64,000 nucleotides of DNA from an uncultured virus (IMG/VR IMGVR_UViG_3300027360_000001) (lineage: Duplodnaviria > Heunggongvirae > Uroviricota > Caudoviricetes), in IMG/VR virus record IMGVR_UViG_3300027360_000001; one strand, written 5' to 3'. Of the stretch, positions 1 through 9,814 are shown piece by piece. The position numbers and the translations under genes are program-made. The notes beneath the pieces were generated by a model that saw nothing but the letters and a program-made list of their open reading frames with translations, was not told the origin of the DNA and searched no databases. Each line of letters opens with the position of its first letter. The stretch's first letter is position 1.

Positions 1-489
1 CACGTTGTTTCCGTTTATTTCGTACTCGGCTTCGAATCTCTCGAGCGCGTTCTTGAATAGCGCTAGGCAATTATCCTTGCCGAATTTCTCGAATGTCAGC
101 GATGGAAACGAGTCGATAACCGAGAACGTCCACGAGGTTCCCGTGAAGATAAACGATAGGATTTGGTTAATCGTCTTCGAACCGTCGGTCAGTTCCGTGT
201 ATCGATACTCGTCGATTAAATCGAAAAAGCGGTGCAACGCTGTAACACGCTTCACCGCCGTCTGGCCTATCGTACATTCTTCGAGGGACTTGATTCGATA
301 CTCCTCGCCGTCGCATTCGATAATGGACTCCTCGGCGACAAGCGGAAAGGCGTCCTCGTTGCGCTCAGTCGACAGTACCGTGAATGAAATCGACCGCTCC
401 CCGTTGACGGTGCGCTTGCGTTCGAGGCTGTCTCGTTGGTAATCGGTGAGCGCTTCGGTGACGCCCGATATGTTAGTTACGATGAGCAT
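1..489 (-). CDS. Tail-associated (Tal / prophage tail endopeptidase-like) protein, truncated by the window edge
   Basis: Not in the ORF track. ATG at 489 after an AAAGGAGG RBS; manual translation MLIVTNISGVTEALTDYQRDSLERKRTVNGERSISFTV... stays open to base 1; lies downstream of Dit. Confidence 0.7.
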   Translation of the reverse strand, partial: MLIVTNISGVTEALTDYQRDSLERKRTVNGERSISFTVLSTERNEDAFPLVAEESIIECDGEEYRIKSLEECTIGQTAVKRVTALHRFFDLIDEYRYTELTDGSKTINQILSFIFTGTSWTFSVIDSFPSLTFEKFGKDNCLALFKNALERFEAEYEINGNNV

Positions 490-571
490 AGCGTGCCTCC
501 TTTCGTAGAATTAAAAAAGAGCGGAGGGCATCCGCTCACTAATCGATATAGAAGCCGTATTTGGTTAAAAA

Positions 572-2338
572 TTAAGTTCCAGTAATTCCTCTATCTTCAA
601 CCCAATCAGTATTTAATACATTGTTAGAGCTTGTTGTAATTCGCACCCAACCTTTAACTGTATACTGACTTCCTGCTGTGCCTAAAACAGTAGGTGCGGT
701 ATTTCTAACATAATCTCCTTGCTCCCAACTTCCAGAGGTAGGCATAGCGTTACGATTGACAAATCGTTTTGTGAATTGCAATCGTGTTGTATTACCGTCT
801 CCTGTATTCGGGAATACAACTTGGAACTGTTTATCGGCTTCAGAAGATATAAAGAAGTCACGCAATGTATTTGCTGGATTCGTTCCGATAAAAACACGCC
901 CGTTTGCCGTTGTGAATCGTCTGGAATCATATCCCCATGTATCCTCTATTACTTTAGGCGTAGGCGTTGTGCCTGTGTCCTTATCGTAGATAGAACCGCT
1001 AAATCGTTGTGATTCATGTAAAACGACTCGAACTTCTGCTGAGTTATTACCGTAGAAGTATAGTAGCTTCTTCAAATTGGAGTAATAGGAACTTCCTGCC
1101 GTACCATCAAAGACAATACGTGTTGCATTTCCTATTTTTGCGAAGTATTGCACTTTACCCGCTGACGCTTGTGGGTTTGTATGGATTGACGTATTTCTAA
1201 ACACCACATCAGTAATAGCATTTGTTCCATCAATATCAATAAACGCATCTGTTACTTTGGTGTTGTCTAGATGTTCAAACCAACAATCATTAAATGTTAC
1301 TCCATGCGTACCTCTTGTATAACTTGATTTGATAAGGAATGGACTAAGCGCACCGAATCCGTTAATTACAAACTGACCATCACGAATACGAGTGTGCCAC
1401 GCCCCATCGATCTCAAGAACTCTGTCGTTAAAGAAGGCATACAGGTAATCTAATTTATTTTGGTCACTTCTAGCACCAAGATAAATACCTGTTTTATTGT
1501 AGAATAAATACACCTTCTTGAACTGATTGATATCACTCTGTACTCCCCAAAAACCATATTCAAAGTTTTCAATTTGTACATTTTGAAGAAGGATGTCTCC
1601 ACCTCTCCAATCTCGAATACCGTATGTTCCAGTTCCATAAGTGCCGAATCCATTTGTCAATGCTGTGGTAGATGAGCCGAAATATTTCAAGGACATATCG
1701 ATCATGGAGAATCCTTGGATACCATTATAGTTGTTGCTGTCGTACGCTTGACCGTCATCCGTACCTAACTGAATACATGCACCTGTACCATAGAATTGTA
1801 GTCGGCTTCCTCCGTTTTGATCTGGTCGCCCATCTCTCGTTCCGACGAAAACAAGCCCTTTTGTGTTAATTTGGATAGTAGAGTATACCTTGTAATCATC
1901 ATAAAAACGAATAATCCTATTCTTCTGCGTTATTGCTTTATTAATCGCGGCATTGATACATGGAGCGTAATCGTAACCACCTGATACAGCTACTTTTAAA
2001 TTATCGAACTCTTCAATCGCTGTCCATGTTACCTTTTTAGACTGAATCCCAATTTGGTCGTAGTTCTCGTTAATAGCGCCTTTCACCGTCTGCGCCGTCG
2101 TCTTCAACGTCGCCGTACCGACCGCCGCATCCGCGCTATCCAATCGATTCCCAAGCGAAGTCTCTCCGCCACGCGCATCCACGATCTCCGCATTCGAATC
2201 GCCCGCGCTTACCACGAGGTTATCAATCCGCGTGTCCTGCGCGTCTAACTCCGTTTTAACATCCGTAAAATTCGCATTTAAATCGTTGCGGAACGCTCGA
2301 TTAAACAACGTCCCTAAACTTCGAGGATTAAACGCCAT
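572..2338 (-). CDS. Tailspike / receptor-binding protein with pectate-lyase-like beta-helix
   Basis: N-terminal about 95 aa paralogous to 61751..63952 (RNDLNANF...AEIVDARGG); DYAPCINAAI motif followed by beta-helix-like sequence. Confidence 0.7.
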   Translation of the reverse strand: MAFNPRSLGTLFNRAFRNDLNANFTDVKTELDAQDTRIDNLVVSAGDSNAEIVDARGGETSLGNRLDSADAAVGTATLKTTAQTVKGAINENYDQIGIQSKKVTWTAIEEFDNLKVAVSGGYDYAPCINAAINKAITQKNRIIRFYDDYKVYSTIQINTKGLVFVGTRDGRPDQNGGSRLQFYGTGACIQLGTDDGQAYDSNNYNGIQGFSMIDMSLKYFGSSTTALTNGFGTYGTGTYGIRDWRGGDILLQNVQIENFEYGFWGVQSDINQFKKVYLFYNKTGIYLGARSDQNKLDYLYAFFNDRVLEIDGAWHTRIRDGQFVINGFGALSPFLIKSSYTRGTHGVTFNDCWFEHLDNTKVTDAFIDIDGTNAITDVVFRNTSIHTNPQASAGKVQYFAKIGNATRIVFDGTAGSSYYSNLKKLLYFYGNNSAEVRVVLHESQRFSGSIYDKDTGTTPTPKVIEDTWGYDSRRFTTANGRVFIGTNPANTLRDFFISSEADKQFQVVFPNTGDGNTTRLQFTKRFVNRNAMPTSGSWEQGDYVRNTAPTVLGTAGSQYTVKGWVRITTSSNNVLNTDWVEDRGITGT

Positions 2339-2357
2339 ATCTTATCGCGTCCCTTCT

Positions 2358-3182
2358 TTATACGTAATAATATCGAAACTCGAACGAAATACTGTACGTC
2401 CCGCTCGCGCCCGTCATCGTAAAGCTATTCGCACCTGGCGCCAATGTCAGCACCTTGCGATTCGTCGCGCCGAACACGCTCGACCCGTTCTTCAGCGCCT
2501 TCGTACCGTCGAGCACTATCGTATTGCCCGCCACTGTTGTTCCCGTGTACTGCCACGTTTCGCCTGTCGTGTTGTTCACGATTTGGAGGTTCGTGCTTGC
2601 GCCGGTGAACGTAATTGTGAGCGGCATATACCGAGGGTCGACCGTTACGTCGCCCGCGTTAAATACGCTGAACGTCGACGTGCTGAACGTATAATCGTGC
2701 TGCTCGTCCTCCACCGATAGCCCCTGCCCGATCTGCCAAAGCTCGCTGTCGAAGTCGAATGTGCCGAGCGTAGTCGACACGGACTCGCGGTAAGCCCCCG
2801 CACTGGCGAATGTTACGCTAAACTCGCCATTTGTCGGCGTGTGCTGCGTGACCTCGAAGCCTTCCGCCTTTACGAGCATTCGCTTACCCGGCTCGCGACC
2901 GTCTACGAGGTAGAACGCCTGCTTGCTCGAAAGCATCGCGAATATGTCGTTAACTAGCAACGGAAAGTCGAGCGAATCTGCTGCCGAAAAGAAAAAAGAC
3001 GCCGAGAGCTTTCGCCCCTTCAGCGTCGTGCCTGCGTCGACCATGTGGTCGGCGACTTGTTCGTATAATAGTTCCGCCTCGGGCGTGCGCATCGTGAGGT
3101 CGGTCAGCGTAATGCCGAGCTCCTCGAAATCGTAGCGCACACCGTCCTGGCGGATGAGAGTTACGTTATGTGATTGCGCCAA
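2358..3182 (-). CDS. Distal tail protein (Dit, Sipho_tail family)
   Basis: Directly downstream of the tape measure gene; 274 aa; C-terminal LAPGANSF...FRYYYV typical of Dit. Confidence 0.8.
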   Translation of the reverse strand: MAQSHNVTLIRQDGVRYDFEELGITLTDLTMRTPEAELLYEQVADHMVDAGTTLKGRKLSASFFFSAADSLDFPLLVNDIFAMLSSKQAFYLVDGREPGKRMLVKAEGFEVTQHTPTNGEFSVTFASAGAYRESVSTTLGTFDFDSELWQIGQGLSVEDEQHDYTFSTSTFSVFNAGDVTVDPRYMPLTITFTGASTNLQIVNNTTGETWQYTGTTVAGNTIVLDGTKALKNGSSVFGATNRKVLTLAPGANSFTMTGASGTYSISFEFRYYYV

Positions 3183-3184
3183 TA

Positions 3185-6013
3185 TCAGCGCCCTCCTTTC
3201 ATGCCGAGCTGCACTTGCGCTAGGCGAGCGTTGTTCGCGCCAAATAAGTCAACCCACGGGTACACGCCCTCGGCGACCGTGCGTCCGTCCATAATAAGCT
3301 GCAGCACGGCGTTCCCTTGCGGTGCCTGCATCGATTGCTGCACGGATTGAGATGCGCCGAATGCAATCGAGTTTCCTGCGTCAATACGAGCGTTTTGCAC
3401 AGGCGGTAACGTAGCGGAGGCCATATTTCCTGCTGCGGCTTGAATCGACGAAACTTGCCCTTCTATCCCTTTCGCAAAACCTTGCCCGACGTATCCACCT
3501 ATTTCGACCATGACACGAGACGGCGAGTGGATGTTGAGGAGGTTTCTGATTTTATCAGTAACTGCATCGGCTGCGCTTTTTACCGCGTCTTTCACTGCTC
3601 CTACTGCACTACTTATTCCGTTCGCTAGCCCTTGGATGATGTTTACGCCGATTTCATACAAGTCAATACCCTGCAAGAAAGAAACGGCCTCATTCCACCC
3701 ATCAACAATCGCGGACTTAGCGTTTGACACTCCGTCGGACACTGCGCTCGTCATACTGCTGAACGCGCTTATACACCAACTAACGGCGTTATTAAGAGCA
3801 CTCGATATCGCTGACACAATCGCGTTCCACGTACTTACCGTAGTGGATTTGATGTTATTCCACGTACTCACGATCATACTTCCAAGATTCGTAATAGTTG
3901 CGATTGCGCTAGACGCTAGATTAGTCGCTGCCTGTATTACCCATGATTTAATAGCCTCCCATGCGGCAGACGTTGCGCTCGAAAGCGCGTTCCATGCGGA
4001 TACCACTCCGTTTACAAGTGCGTTAAAACTGTTAGTAACGGACGAAACAATAAACGTTACAATCGCCATTAGCCCCGCTTGCAGTGCGTTCGTAATCATA
4101 ATGCATTGATCCTTAAGCCCCGTCCATATAGCGATTAACGACGTCTTGACGCCCTCGAAGTTACCGACGAGAAGGTTAAGGAATACGCCAACAATCCCGA
4201 GCACGACGAGCTGAATGTTCTGCCAAGTTTGCGCGAGAAATTCTTGTATTGCCGCCCATATCGGAGTGATGAACGCAACTAGCATCGAGCAGGCCGTGGT
4301 AATTGCCGTAACAAGCCCCGTCCATATCGCGGTCGCCAGCGCAATAAGACCAGTCCATGCGGCTACTGCCGTAGTCACGATAGCGGTCCAAATTCCCGAG
4401 AAGAATGCGACAATGGATCCCCAAACGCTTTGCGCTGTCGCCACGATCGCGGTCCAAATCGCCATGATAGCCGCACCTAGCTCGATGAGTTTAGCAACCG
4501 TGTACGCTTTTACCGAATCCCAAACGCCAGACAGGTACGATACAATCGCACTCCACGTCGATATGGTCCACGCTTTCAATTCGTCCCAATACGCTATGAT
4601 TGCGATAACTGCTGCGACGACTACCGCCACAATCCCCGCTATGATAGCGCCCGTTGTTCCGATAATCCCGAACACAATGACCAGCGCCCCGATTGCTAAT
4701 GCGACAAAGCCAGCGACCGTTGCCAACACGAGAAGAGCGCCTACGATTAACGTAGTAACCGCGATAGCCTTTTGAATACCTGGGCTCAGGTTCGTGAACC
4801 AATCGGCTAACTTTTGAACGACTTCGGCAACCTTCGAGATTGTCGGGATTAGCGCCGTTCCGAACGCTGCGGCTGCGGTTTCCACTGATCCTTTCAATCG
4901 CTCCATCGCACCATTGAACGTATCCATTTTCGTAGCCGCTACGCTTGCCGCTGTCGTCTTGGACATTGCGTCGGCCATCTCGTTCATACCACTCGCGCCC
5001 TCTTTGTAGAGAATATTCGCAGCACGAATCGCATCGGACCCGAACATCGTGTATAGTGCTTGTTGGCGTTGCTCATCCGTTAGCCCTGCGAGACTCGTTT
5101 TGAGTATCTCCGAGATGTCGGCCATCGACTTGATGTGGCCCTGCGCGTCGTAAAATTGATTCGCGCCGTCTTTCGTTATGATTCCGAGGTCCGACATTTC
5201 TGTCCGAGCCTTCTTCGTCTGTGGCGTTAAGTTCATCAACATCGTTTTTAATGACGTACCAGCGTCCGAACCTTTTAGTCCGTTTTGGGCAAATAATGCC
5301 AACGCCGTCGACGTATCTTTAAACGTCAGCCCTACGCCAGAAGCTACCGCCGATACCATTGATAATCCGTATTGCATTTCTCGTACATCTGTCGCGGAAG
5401 CATTCGCAGCCCCCGCGAGGATATTAGCCGCGTCAGCAACCGATAGTCCATCCTTCTGAAACGCGTTCAACGCCGTAGACGCAATCTGCGCTGCCTCTCC
5501 GAGATCTAACTCGCCAGCTGTTGCGAGGTCAAGTGACGCCTGCAGTCCGCCACTCATAATCTGCTCAACGGATACACCCGCCTTTACGAGCTCCTCGAAT
5601 CCTTTCGCCGCTTCAGCCGATGAGTACTTCGTTTCCTTTCCGACATCTATTACGAGTTTCTTTACTTCATCCATCCGACTCGCTAATTCAGGTGCAACCG
5701 CCTTAATGTTCGCGAGGCCTTGTTCGAAAGTAGCCGCTTGTTTTACGGCATACCCAATACCGCCCCCAACCGCTGCCGCCATAGCCCCGAATGACATTGC
5801 GATGGCACCGCCCGCCTCACTCAACGAATGCCCGAGCCCTACCATGCGGTTTTGTAGTCCGTTCGCGCCGTTACCCATTTGACTGAATTGGTTCCCAACG
5901 CCCTGCATCGTCTGACCTAGCCCCGCCATTGCGGACCTCGTTTCGCTTACGGCGCTTTGTACGCCGGAGGCGTCTGCACTAATAGTTACGCGAATATCAC
6001 CGATATTTGACAA
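3185..6013 (-). CDS. Tail tape measure protein (TP901 family)
   Basis: 942 aa; TP901-type core (GLKGSDAGTSLKTML), hydrophobic segments, Trp-periodic repeats, IHSPSRV motif. Confidence 0.92.
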   Translation of the reverse strand: MSNIGDIRVTISADASGVQSAVSETRSAMAGLGQTMQGVGNQFSQMGNGANGLQNRMVGLGHSLSEAGGAIAMSFGAMAAAVGGGIGYAVKQAATFEQGLANIKAVAPELASRMDEVKKLVIDVGKETKYSSAEAAKGFEELVKAGVSVEQIMSGGLQASLDLATAGELDLGEAAQIASTALNAFQKDGLSVADAANILAGAANASATDVREMQYGLSMVSAVASGVGLTFKDTSTALALFAQNGLKGSDAGTSLKTMLMNLTPQTKKARTEMSDLGIITKDGANQFYDAQGHIKSMADISEILKTSLAGLTDEQRQQALYTMFGSDAIRAANILYKEGASGMNEMADAMSKTTAASVAATKMDTFNGAMERLKGSVETAAAAFGTALIPTISKVAEVVQKLADWFTNLSPGIQKAIAVTTLIVGALLVLATVAGFVALAIGALVIVFGIIGTTGAIIAGIVAVVVAAVIAIIAYWDELKAWTISTWSAIVSYLSGVWDSVKAYTVAKLIELGAAIMAIWTAIVATAQSVWGSIVAFFSGIWTAIVTTAVAAWTGLIALATAIWTGLVTAITTACSMLVAFITPIWAAIQEFLAQTWQNIQLVVLGIVGVFLNLLVGNFEGVKTSLIAIWTGLKDQCIMITNALQAGLMAIVTFIVSSVTNSFNALVNGVVSAWNALSSATSAAWEAIKSWVIQAATNLASSAIATITNLGSMIVSTWNNIKSTTVSTWNAIVSAISSALNNAVSWCISAFSSMTSAVSDGVSNAKSAIVDGWNEAVSFLQGIDLYEIGVNIIQGLANGISSAVGAVKDAVKSAADAVTDKIRNLLNIHSPSRVMVEIGGYVGQGFAKGIEGQVSSIQAAAGNMASATLPPVQNARIDAGNSIAFGASQSVQQSMQAPQGNAVLQLIMDGRTVAEGVYPWVDLFGANNARLAQVQLGMKGGR

Positions 6014-6019
6014 TCATAC

Positions 6020-6301
6020 TCACCGCCCTTCCTTCGTGATTCCGAACTGCTCGTATAGCGCATCGAGTTTCGCCCGCTTTTCTTCCAGCGAGATGACATT
6101 ACGCTCACCACCGCCGAGACCCGCGATTTCTTCAATCCTCGGAACTTTCTTAACGTGAGGGCTTACGAGATATTGGATATAGCGAGCCTTGCGCATTTCG
6201 CGATCGCGGAATCCTTCATACATGAGCGAAAACTGCCTCGGCGTTAACTCGAAAAATTGCTCCGGAGTTAGTTCGAGTACACCGTATGCCGTCCGCTCCA
6301 A
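6020..6301 (-). CDS. Tail assembly chaperone, C-terminal frameshift extension (gpT-like)
   Basis: LTPEQFFELTPRQF motif; lies in the -1 frame reached from the upstream gene at the A_AAA_AAG site 6340-6334. Confidence 0.8.
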   Translation of the reverse strand: MERTAYGVLELTPEQFFELTPRQFSLMYEGFRDREMRKARYIQYLVSPHVKKVPRIEEIAGLGGGERNVISLEEKRAKLDALYEQFGITKEGR

Positions 6302-6327
6302 TGCGTCCCAATCGATACCGTCGCGGC

Positions 6328-6675
6328 TTACTTCTTTTTTCCTGTCGCAGCGCCTTTTGTTGCTTTCTGTAGCGTATTGGATTTATCGAATGCGTCCTTC
6401 ACAAGCGCGGCTAGTTCTTCGAGAGTCACCGCTCCGTCTTCGAGCGTTTCGTCTAGCTTCTCGATAAGGTCATCGAATGTGAGGTGTTTGAAGTCGCTGT
6501 GCCGTTTCAGACATGCATAAATAAATGCGGTAAGTGTGCGCAGGCTTTCTAGGTCCTCTGTTTCAAAAACCTTGCTGATGCCCTTGCTGTAGTGCTCCTC
6601 GATTGCCAATAGGCTCGAGTACGTAAATTTCATATCGTAGGCTTTTCCGCCGATTACGATTTCTGCCATCGTCAT
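6328..6675 (-). CDS. Tail assembly chaperone (gpG-like)
   Basis: Between major tail and tape measure genes; ends GKKK over a slippery heptamer. Confidence 0.8.
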   Translation of the reverse strand: MTMAEIVIGGKAYDMKFTYSSLLAIEEHYSKGISKVFETEDLESLRTLTAFIYACLKRHSDFKHLTFDDLIEKLDETLEDGAVTLEELAALVKDAFDKSNTLQKATKGAATGKKK

Positions 6676-6716
6676 ACCCTCCGTTTCAAATAAAAAAGGC
6701 GCCTAAGCGCCCGTTA

Positions 6717-7130
6717 TTATGGAAGTGTTACCTCCGATAAAGCTCCCGTTCCTTGTAATTCGACGGAATAAGTTGCCACATCGTCGTATGGCGCATCAAG
6801 GTCTCGGGATGTTACAATCGCAAAACCTTCTAACGCTTTTGTTGCGCTCTCCTTTACGCGAACCTTTACTTTCTCTTGACCGCGCATTGCGTCAACAAGC
6901 GCCGCATACGCCACGTCGTCAAGGATAAGTACGCCGTCTGCGCTGATCGTCCAAGAATTTAGCGAGTAATCAAACTCGCGATAGTTGCTCGATTGCTTAT
7001 TCGTTGTTTCCATCGTATCAGCCGTCTCGGATAGCGTTGCGTTTTGCTGTCCGCCTACAATAGACCACGTAGGAGTGCCGCTACCTGTGTCGACCATGAT
7101 TACGATATCCACGCCTTTAGTAACTGCCAT
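6717..7130 (-). CDS. Major tail protein (TP901-1 family)
   Basis: KGVDIV...GGQQNATL...WTISADG...TYSVELQGTGAL signature. Confidence 0.88.
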   Translation of the reverse strand: MAVTKGVDIVIMVDTGSGTPTWSIVGGQQNATLSETADTMETTNKQSSNYREFDYSLNSWTISADGVLILDDVAYAALVDAMRGQEKVKVRVKESATKALEGFAIVTSRDLDAPYDDVATYSVELQGTGALSEVTLP

Positions 7131-7141
7131 TTCGTTTCCCC

Positions 7142-7582
7142 CTAGATTAAGTTAATGTCACGCACACGAACGTCTAAATAGACACGGTGCATGTTTGTTA
7201 CGTCCTCGACTGCTTCCGAAATATTCGGGCTTATAAACACCACATCAGCACGGAAATGTCCGATTACTGGCGGAGGTGCCGGTTGCGTTGTGTCGAGCAA
7301 ATCGATTTCATAACGCAAAAAAACACGCTTCAGACCGTCTTGTAAGCGAGCGAGTGACGAGGCACTTTCGCAAAACAAGCCGACCGTAAACGTGTAGTCG
7401 TTTTGAGCATATTCGTATTGTTTCTCGAGCACTTGCACGCCGGTTGACAGATGCCGAACGGTTGCGAACGGGAACGACTTGCCGCTAATAGGCACGCTAT
7501 CGTACGCCCACACAACGTCGGTCATATCTGGCATCGCATTTTTCAAGTGCGCGATAATCGAGTACTGAATTTCGTGGAGCAA
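7142..7582 (-). CDS. Tail terminator / tail completion protein
   Basis: Position and size (146 aa) immediately upstream of the major tail protein. Confidence 0.6.
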   Translation of the reverse strand: MLHEIQYSIIAHLKNAMPDMTDVVWAYDSVPISGKSFPFATVRHLSTGVQVLEKQYEYAQNDYTFTVGLFCESASSLARLQDGLKRVFLRYEIDLLDTTQPAPPPVIGHFRADVVFISPNISEAVEDVTNMHRVYLDVRVRDINLI

Positions 7583-7583
7583 A

Positions 7584-7943
7584 TCAAACGCCCCCTATAC
7601 TTCGTCTAACTGCGTTTTCTAATTCTGTTTTAAATGTACCCTCATGTTTCGTAACCGATCGGCGTATATATCCGCTCTTTGTGCGATGTTCGTACTCTTG
7701 GCGCCTAGCGTACTCAACGTCTGAGCCCCACGTCCGCTCGCCTTGCTTCGTATCTTGCGGAAAGATATCGATGCTGTTCGCGAGCCGTCCTGTTAGCCTC
7801 GGCGCTTCCTGTCGCGATGTATTTACCATCTGCAACGCTGTGCGCTCGACTGCTTCGTCAACTTCGTTTGGTACATCGGAAGCAATCTGCTCTAGATTCG
7901 CTAGCACTTCGTTTAGTCCCGTCAAATTAACCCGTATCCTCAT
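7584..7943 (-). CDS. HK97 gp10-like neck / tail completion protein
   Basis: APRLTGRLANSI...VEYARRQEY motif; start adjusted to ATG 7943. Confidence 0.8.
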   Translation of the reverse strand: MRIRVNLTGLNEVLANLEQIASDVPNEVDEAVERTALQMVNTSRQEAPRLTGRLANSIDIFPQDTKQGERTWGSDVEYARRQEYEHRTKSGYIRRSVTKHEGTFKTELENAVRRSIGGV

Positions 7944-8323
7944 GTCGTCCGCCTCGCAATGCACTCGTACCTCGTAATGACGTCGCCGACACCCTCGGGA
8001 CGAGTCGAGATTAACGTATAGTAATATCCGTCGTGAATCACCTGTCGCACGTCAGATAAGTCGATTGCATCTGCGAATGAAACGAGCATATCGCCTGCTT
8101 CGATTTCGTATCCGTCGATTAACTGCACGTCGCCCTTAACGCCAGCCGAGGCGTTCTGCCATACTGCCGAAACAACTTCGATTTGCTCCTCGGTAATATT
8201 CTCGTCCGTGTACGGGTCCTCCCCAGTGACAACGGATCGCACGAGTTCCGTTTCAGTTTCGCGGCCTGCGACAACCTCGGCACGATTCGCAAGCATCCAC
8301 GCCTTATCGTTATCGTTAAGCAT
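7940..8323 (-). CDS. Head closure / head-tail joining protein
   Basis: Synteny in the neck module; 127 aa. Confidence 0.55.
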   Translation of the reverse strand: MLNDNDKAWMLANRAEVVAGRETETELVRSVVTGEDPYTDENITEEQIEVVSAVWQNASAGVKGDVQLIDGYEIEAGDMLVSFADAIDLSDVRQVIHDGYYYTLISTRPEGVGDVITRYECIARRTT

Positions 8324-9152
8324 TTCGTTTCACCGCCTCTACATCGTCAACTAACTCGTATGTCGTATAACTCGTGCAATTCACATGCGGGTGGAGCACT
8401 TCGGGGTCAGTCGGTTTATACAATCCGTTTCCATAGCCGTATCGGTCAATCTTCTCGAGTTGGCTGCATCGATGCTCCGGTCGGTCTGCCTTCCCGCGAT
8501 GTATCCGCAACGCCTTAACGTACGGACTTTGTTGCGCTGTGTAAGAACTTGCCATACGGTATGTGATATTTCCTTCGGTCACAACTAACCGCTTGATTTT
8601 CCACGTCTCGTTATCGTATACCTTGCGGACGTCTGCGATAATCGAATTCACGCCTTTGCCCGTAACCACGCCCGAAGTCAACGCTTGCTGTATCGCAAGT
8701 CGTTGCTCGCGTGTTACCCGCCAGACTCGATTCAATATCACGAGACCGTCGTCTCCATAACGATTGATAGCCGCTTGGAATACGTTCTGATTTACGCGGT
8801 CAAACGCCGCACCTCCGAGCATTTCCCCGACAGTTACGCCGATCACGCCCGCCGTTATCTCGCTATATGCCGTCACACCCGCCGCAGCCGATTGTTCAAT
8901 TACGCTATTCATCGTCGTCGCATTCGCCTCTCGCATTCGCATCTCAATCGTATTTAGGTCGTTGATGAGCGATTGCAAGCGTACTTGCGCAATCTTGCCG
9001 TTCGCGTCGGTATATGACGCCAGTTTCTCGATTAACTCCGCTCGAATTCGGTTGAGCTCCCGTATTGCCTGCGCTTGTAGGGACGCGTTGATGCGCTGGT
9101 ATTGGTCAGCGGCTTGCTCTAGTAGCCTATCGAGTTCTTCGTTCCGTGCCAA
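8316..9152 (-). CDS. Minor head protein (SPP1 gp7 / Mu F-like)
   Basis: RLVVTE motif and C-terminal HPHVNC. Confidence 0.7.
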   Translation of the reverse strand: MARNEELDRLLEQAADQYQRINASLQAQAIRELNRIRAELIEKLASYTDANGKIAQVRLQSLINDLNTIEMRMREANATTMNSVIEQSAAAGVTAYSEITAGVIGVTVGEMLGGAAFDRVNQNVFQAAINRYGDDGLVILNRVWRVTREQRLAIQQALTSGVVTGKGVNSIIADVRKVYDNETWKIKRLVVTEGNITYRMASSYTAQQSPYVKALRIHRGKADRPEHRCSQLEKIDRYGYGNGLYKPTDPEVLHPHVNCTSYTTYELVDDVEAVKRNA

Positions 9153-9164
9153 TCCATTCGCCTC

Positions 9165-9509
9165 CTATCGTCCATCGCCTCGCGCCGGCATATACGTTGC
9201 CGAACCGCCTCCATTGCGGTATTTACGGTAGGACGCTCGCGCCGCTGCCGCTAGTTTCGTGTAGTTCTCGAACACATTCGTTTTGTCGACGGATTCGTCT
9301 CCGTCCGTGTATCGGAAAAACCTCGCCGCGTCCTGCGCTATCGTTTCGTATGCGAGTGCAAGCGAAAGGTATAGCAACACGTTATCGTTCGTGCCATCGT
9401 CGACTAGGCCGCTTTCGTCTAACGCCTCGGCAATCCATTCGGCGATGTCTGCCGATGTGATTCCCGGCACGTTTTTTAATCGAGTTTCTAATCGGTCAGA
9501 TACCGCCAT
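9165..9509 (-). CDS. Head-tail adaptor
   Basis: YTDGDESVDK motif; follows the capsid genes. Confidence 0.6.
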   Translation of the reverse strand: MAVSDRLETRLKNVPGITSADIAEWIAEALDESGLVDDGTNDNVLLYLSLALAYETIAQDAARFFRYTDGDESVDKTNVFENYTKLAAAARASYRKYRNGGGSATYMPARGDGR

Positions 9510-9528
9510 TTGTCGTGCCTCCCGTTAA

Positions 9529-9729
9529 TTATTTCGTCTTGCCTTTCGGTGCTGGCTTCGCTGGGGATTCGGCTTTCACCGGCTTATCGACGCGTTCGCA
9601 GTCGGTAACTTTATCGAGCACAGCGATTTCCTTTTCGTCCTCCGTTACGTAACGGCCGTTCGTAAAATGAAGCGGGACAGCGCCGTTGTAAACGACAAGC
9701 GACGAGTATTTCGATTCGTAAACTGCCAT
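9529..9729 (-). CDS. Small head-associated protein
   Basis: GGAGG RBS; directly after the major capsid gene; FTNGRYVTEDEKEI. Confidence 0.5.
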   Translation of the reverse strand: MAVYESKYSSLVVYNGAVPLHFTNGRYVTEDEKEIAVLDKVTDCERVDKPVKAESPAKPAPKGKTK

Positions 9730-9814
9730 CGTTGATACCTCCGTTCAACACGAAAAGCCCCGCACACAGGCGAGGCTAAACGTTATTGTATATCGTATAA
9801 AATAGGCGTAAAAA

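Noticed and set aside
5..442. Plus-strand 145-aa ORF
   Set aside because: Shadow of the minus-strand tail gene (1..489), which has a strong RBS
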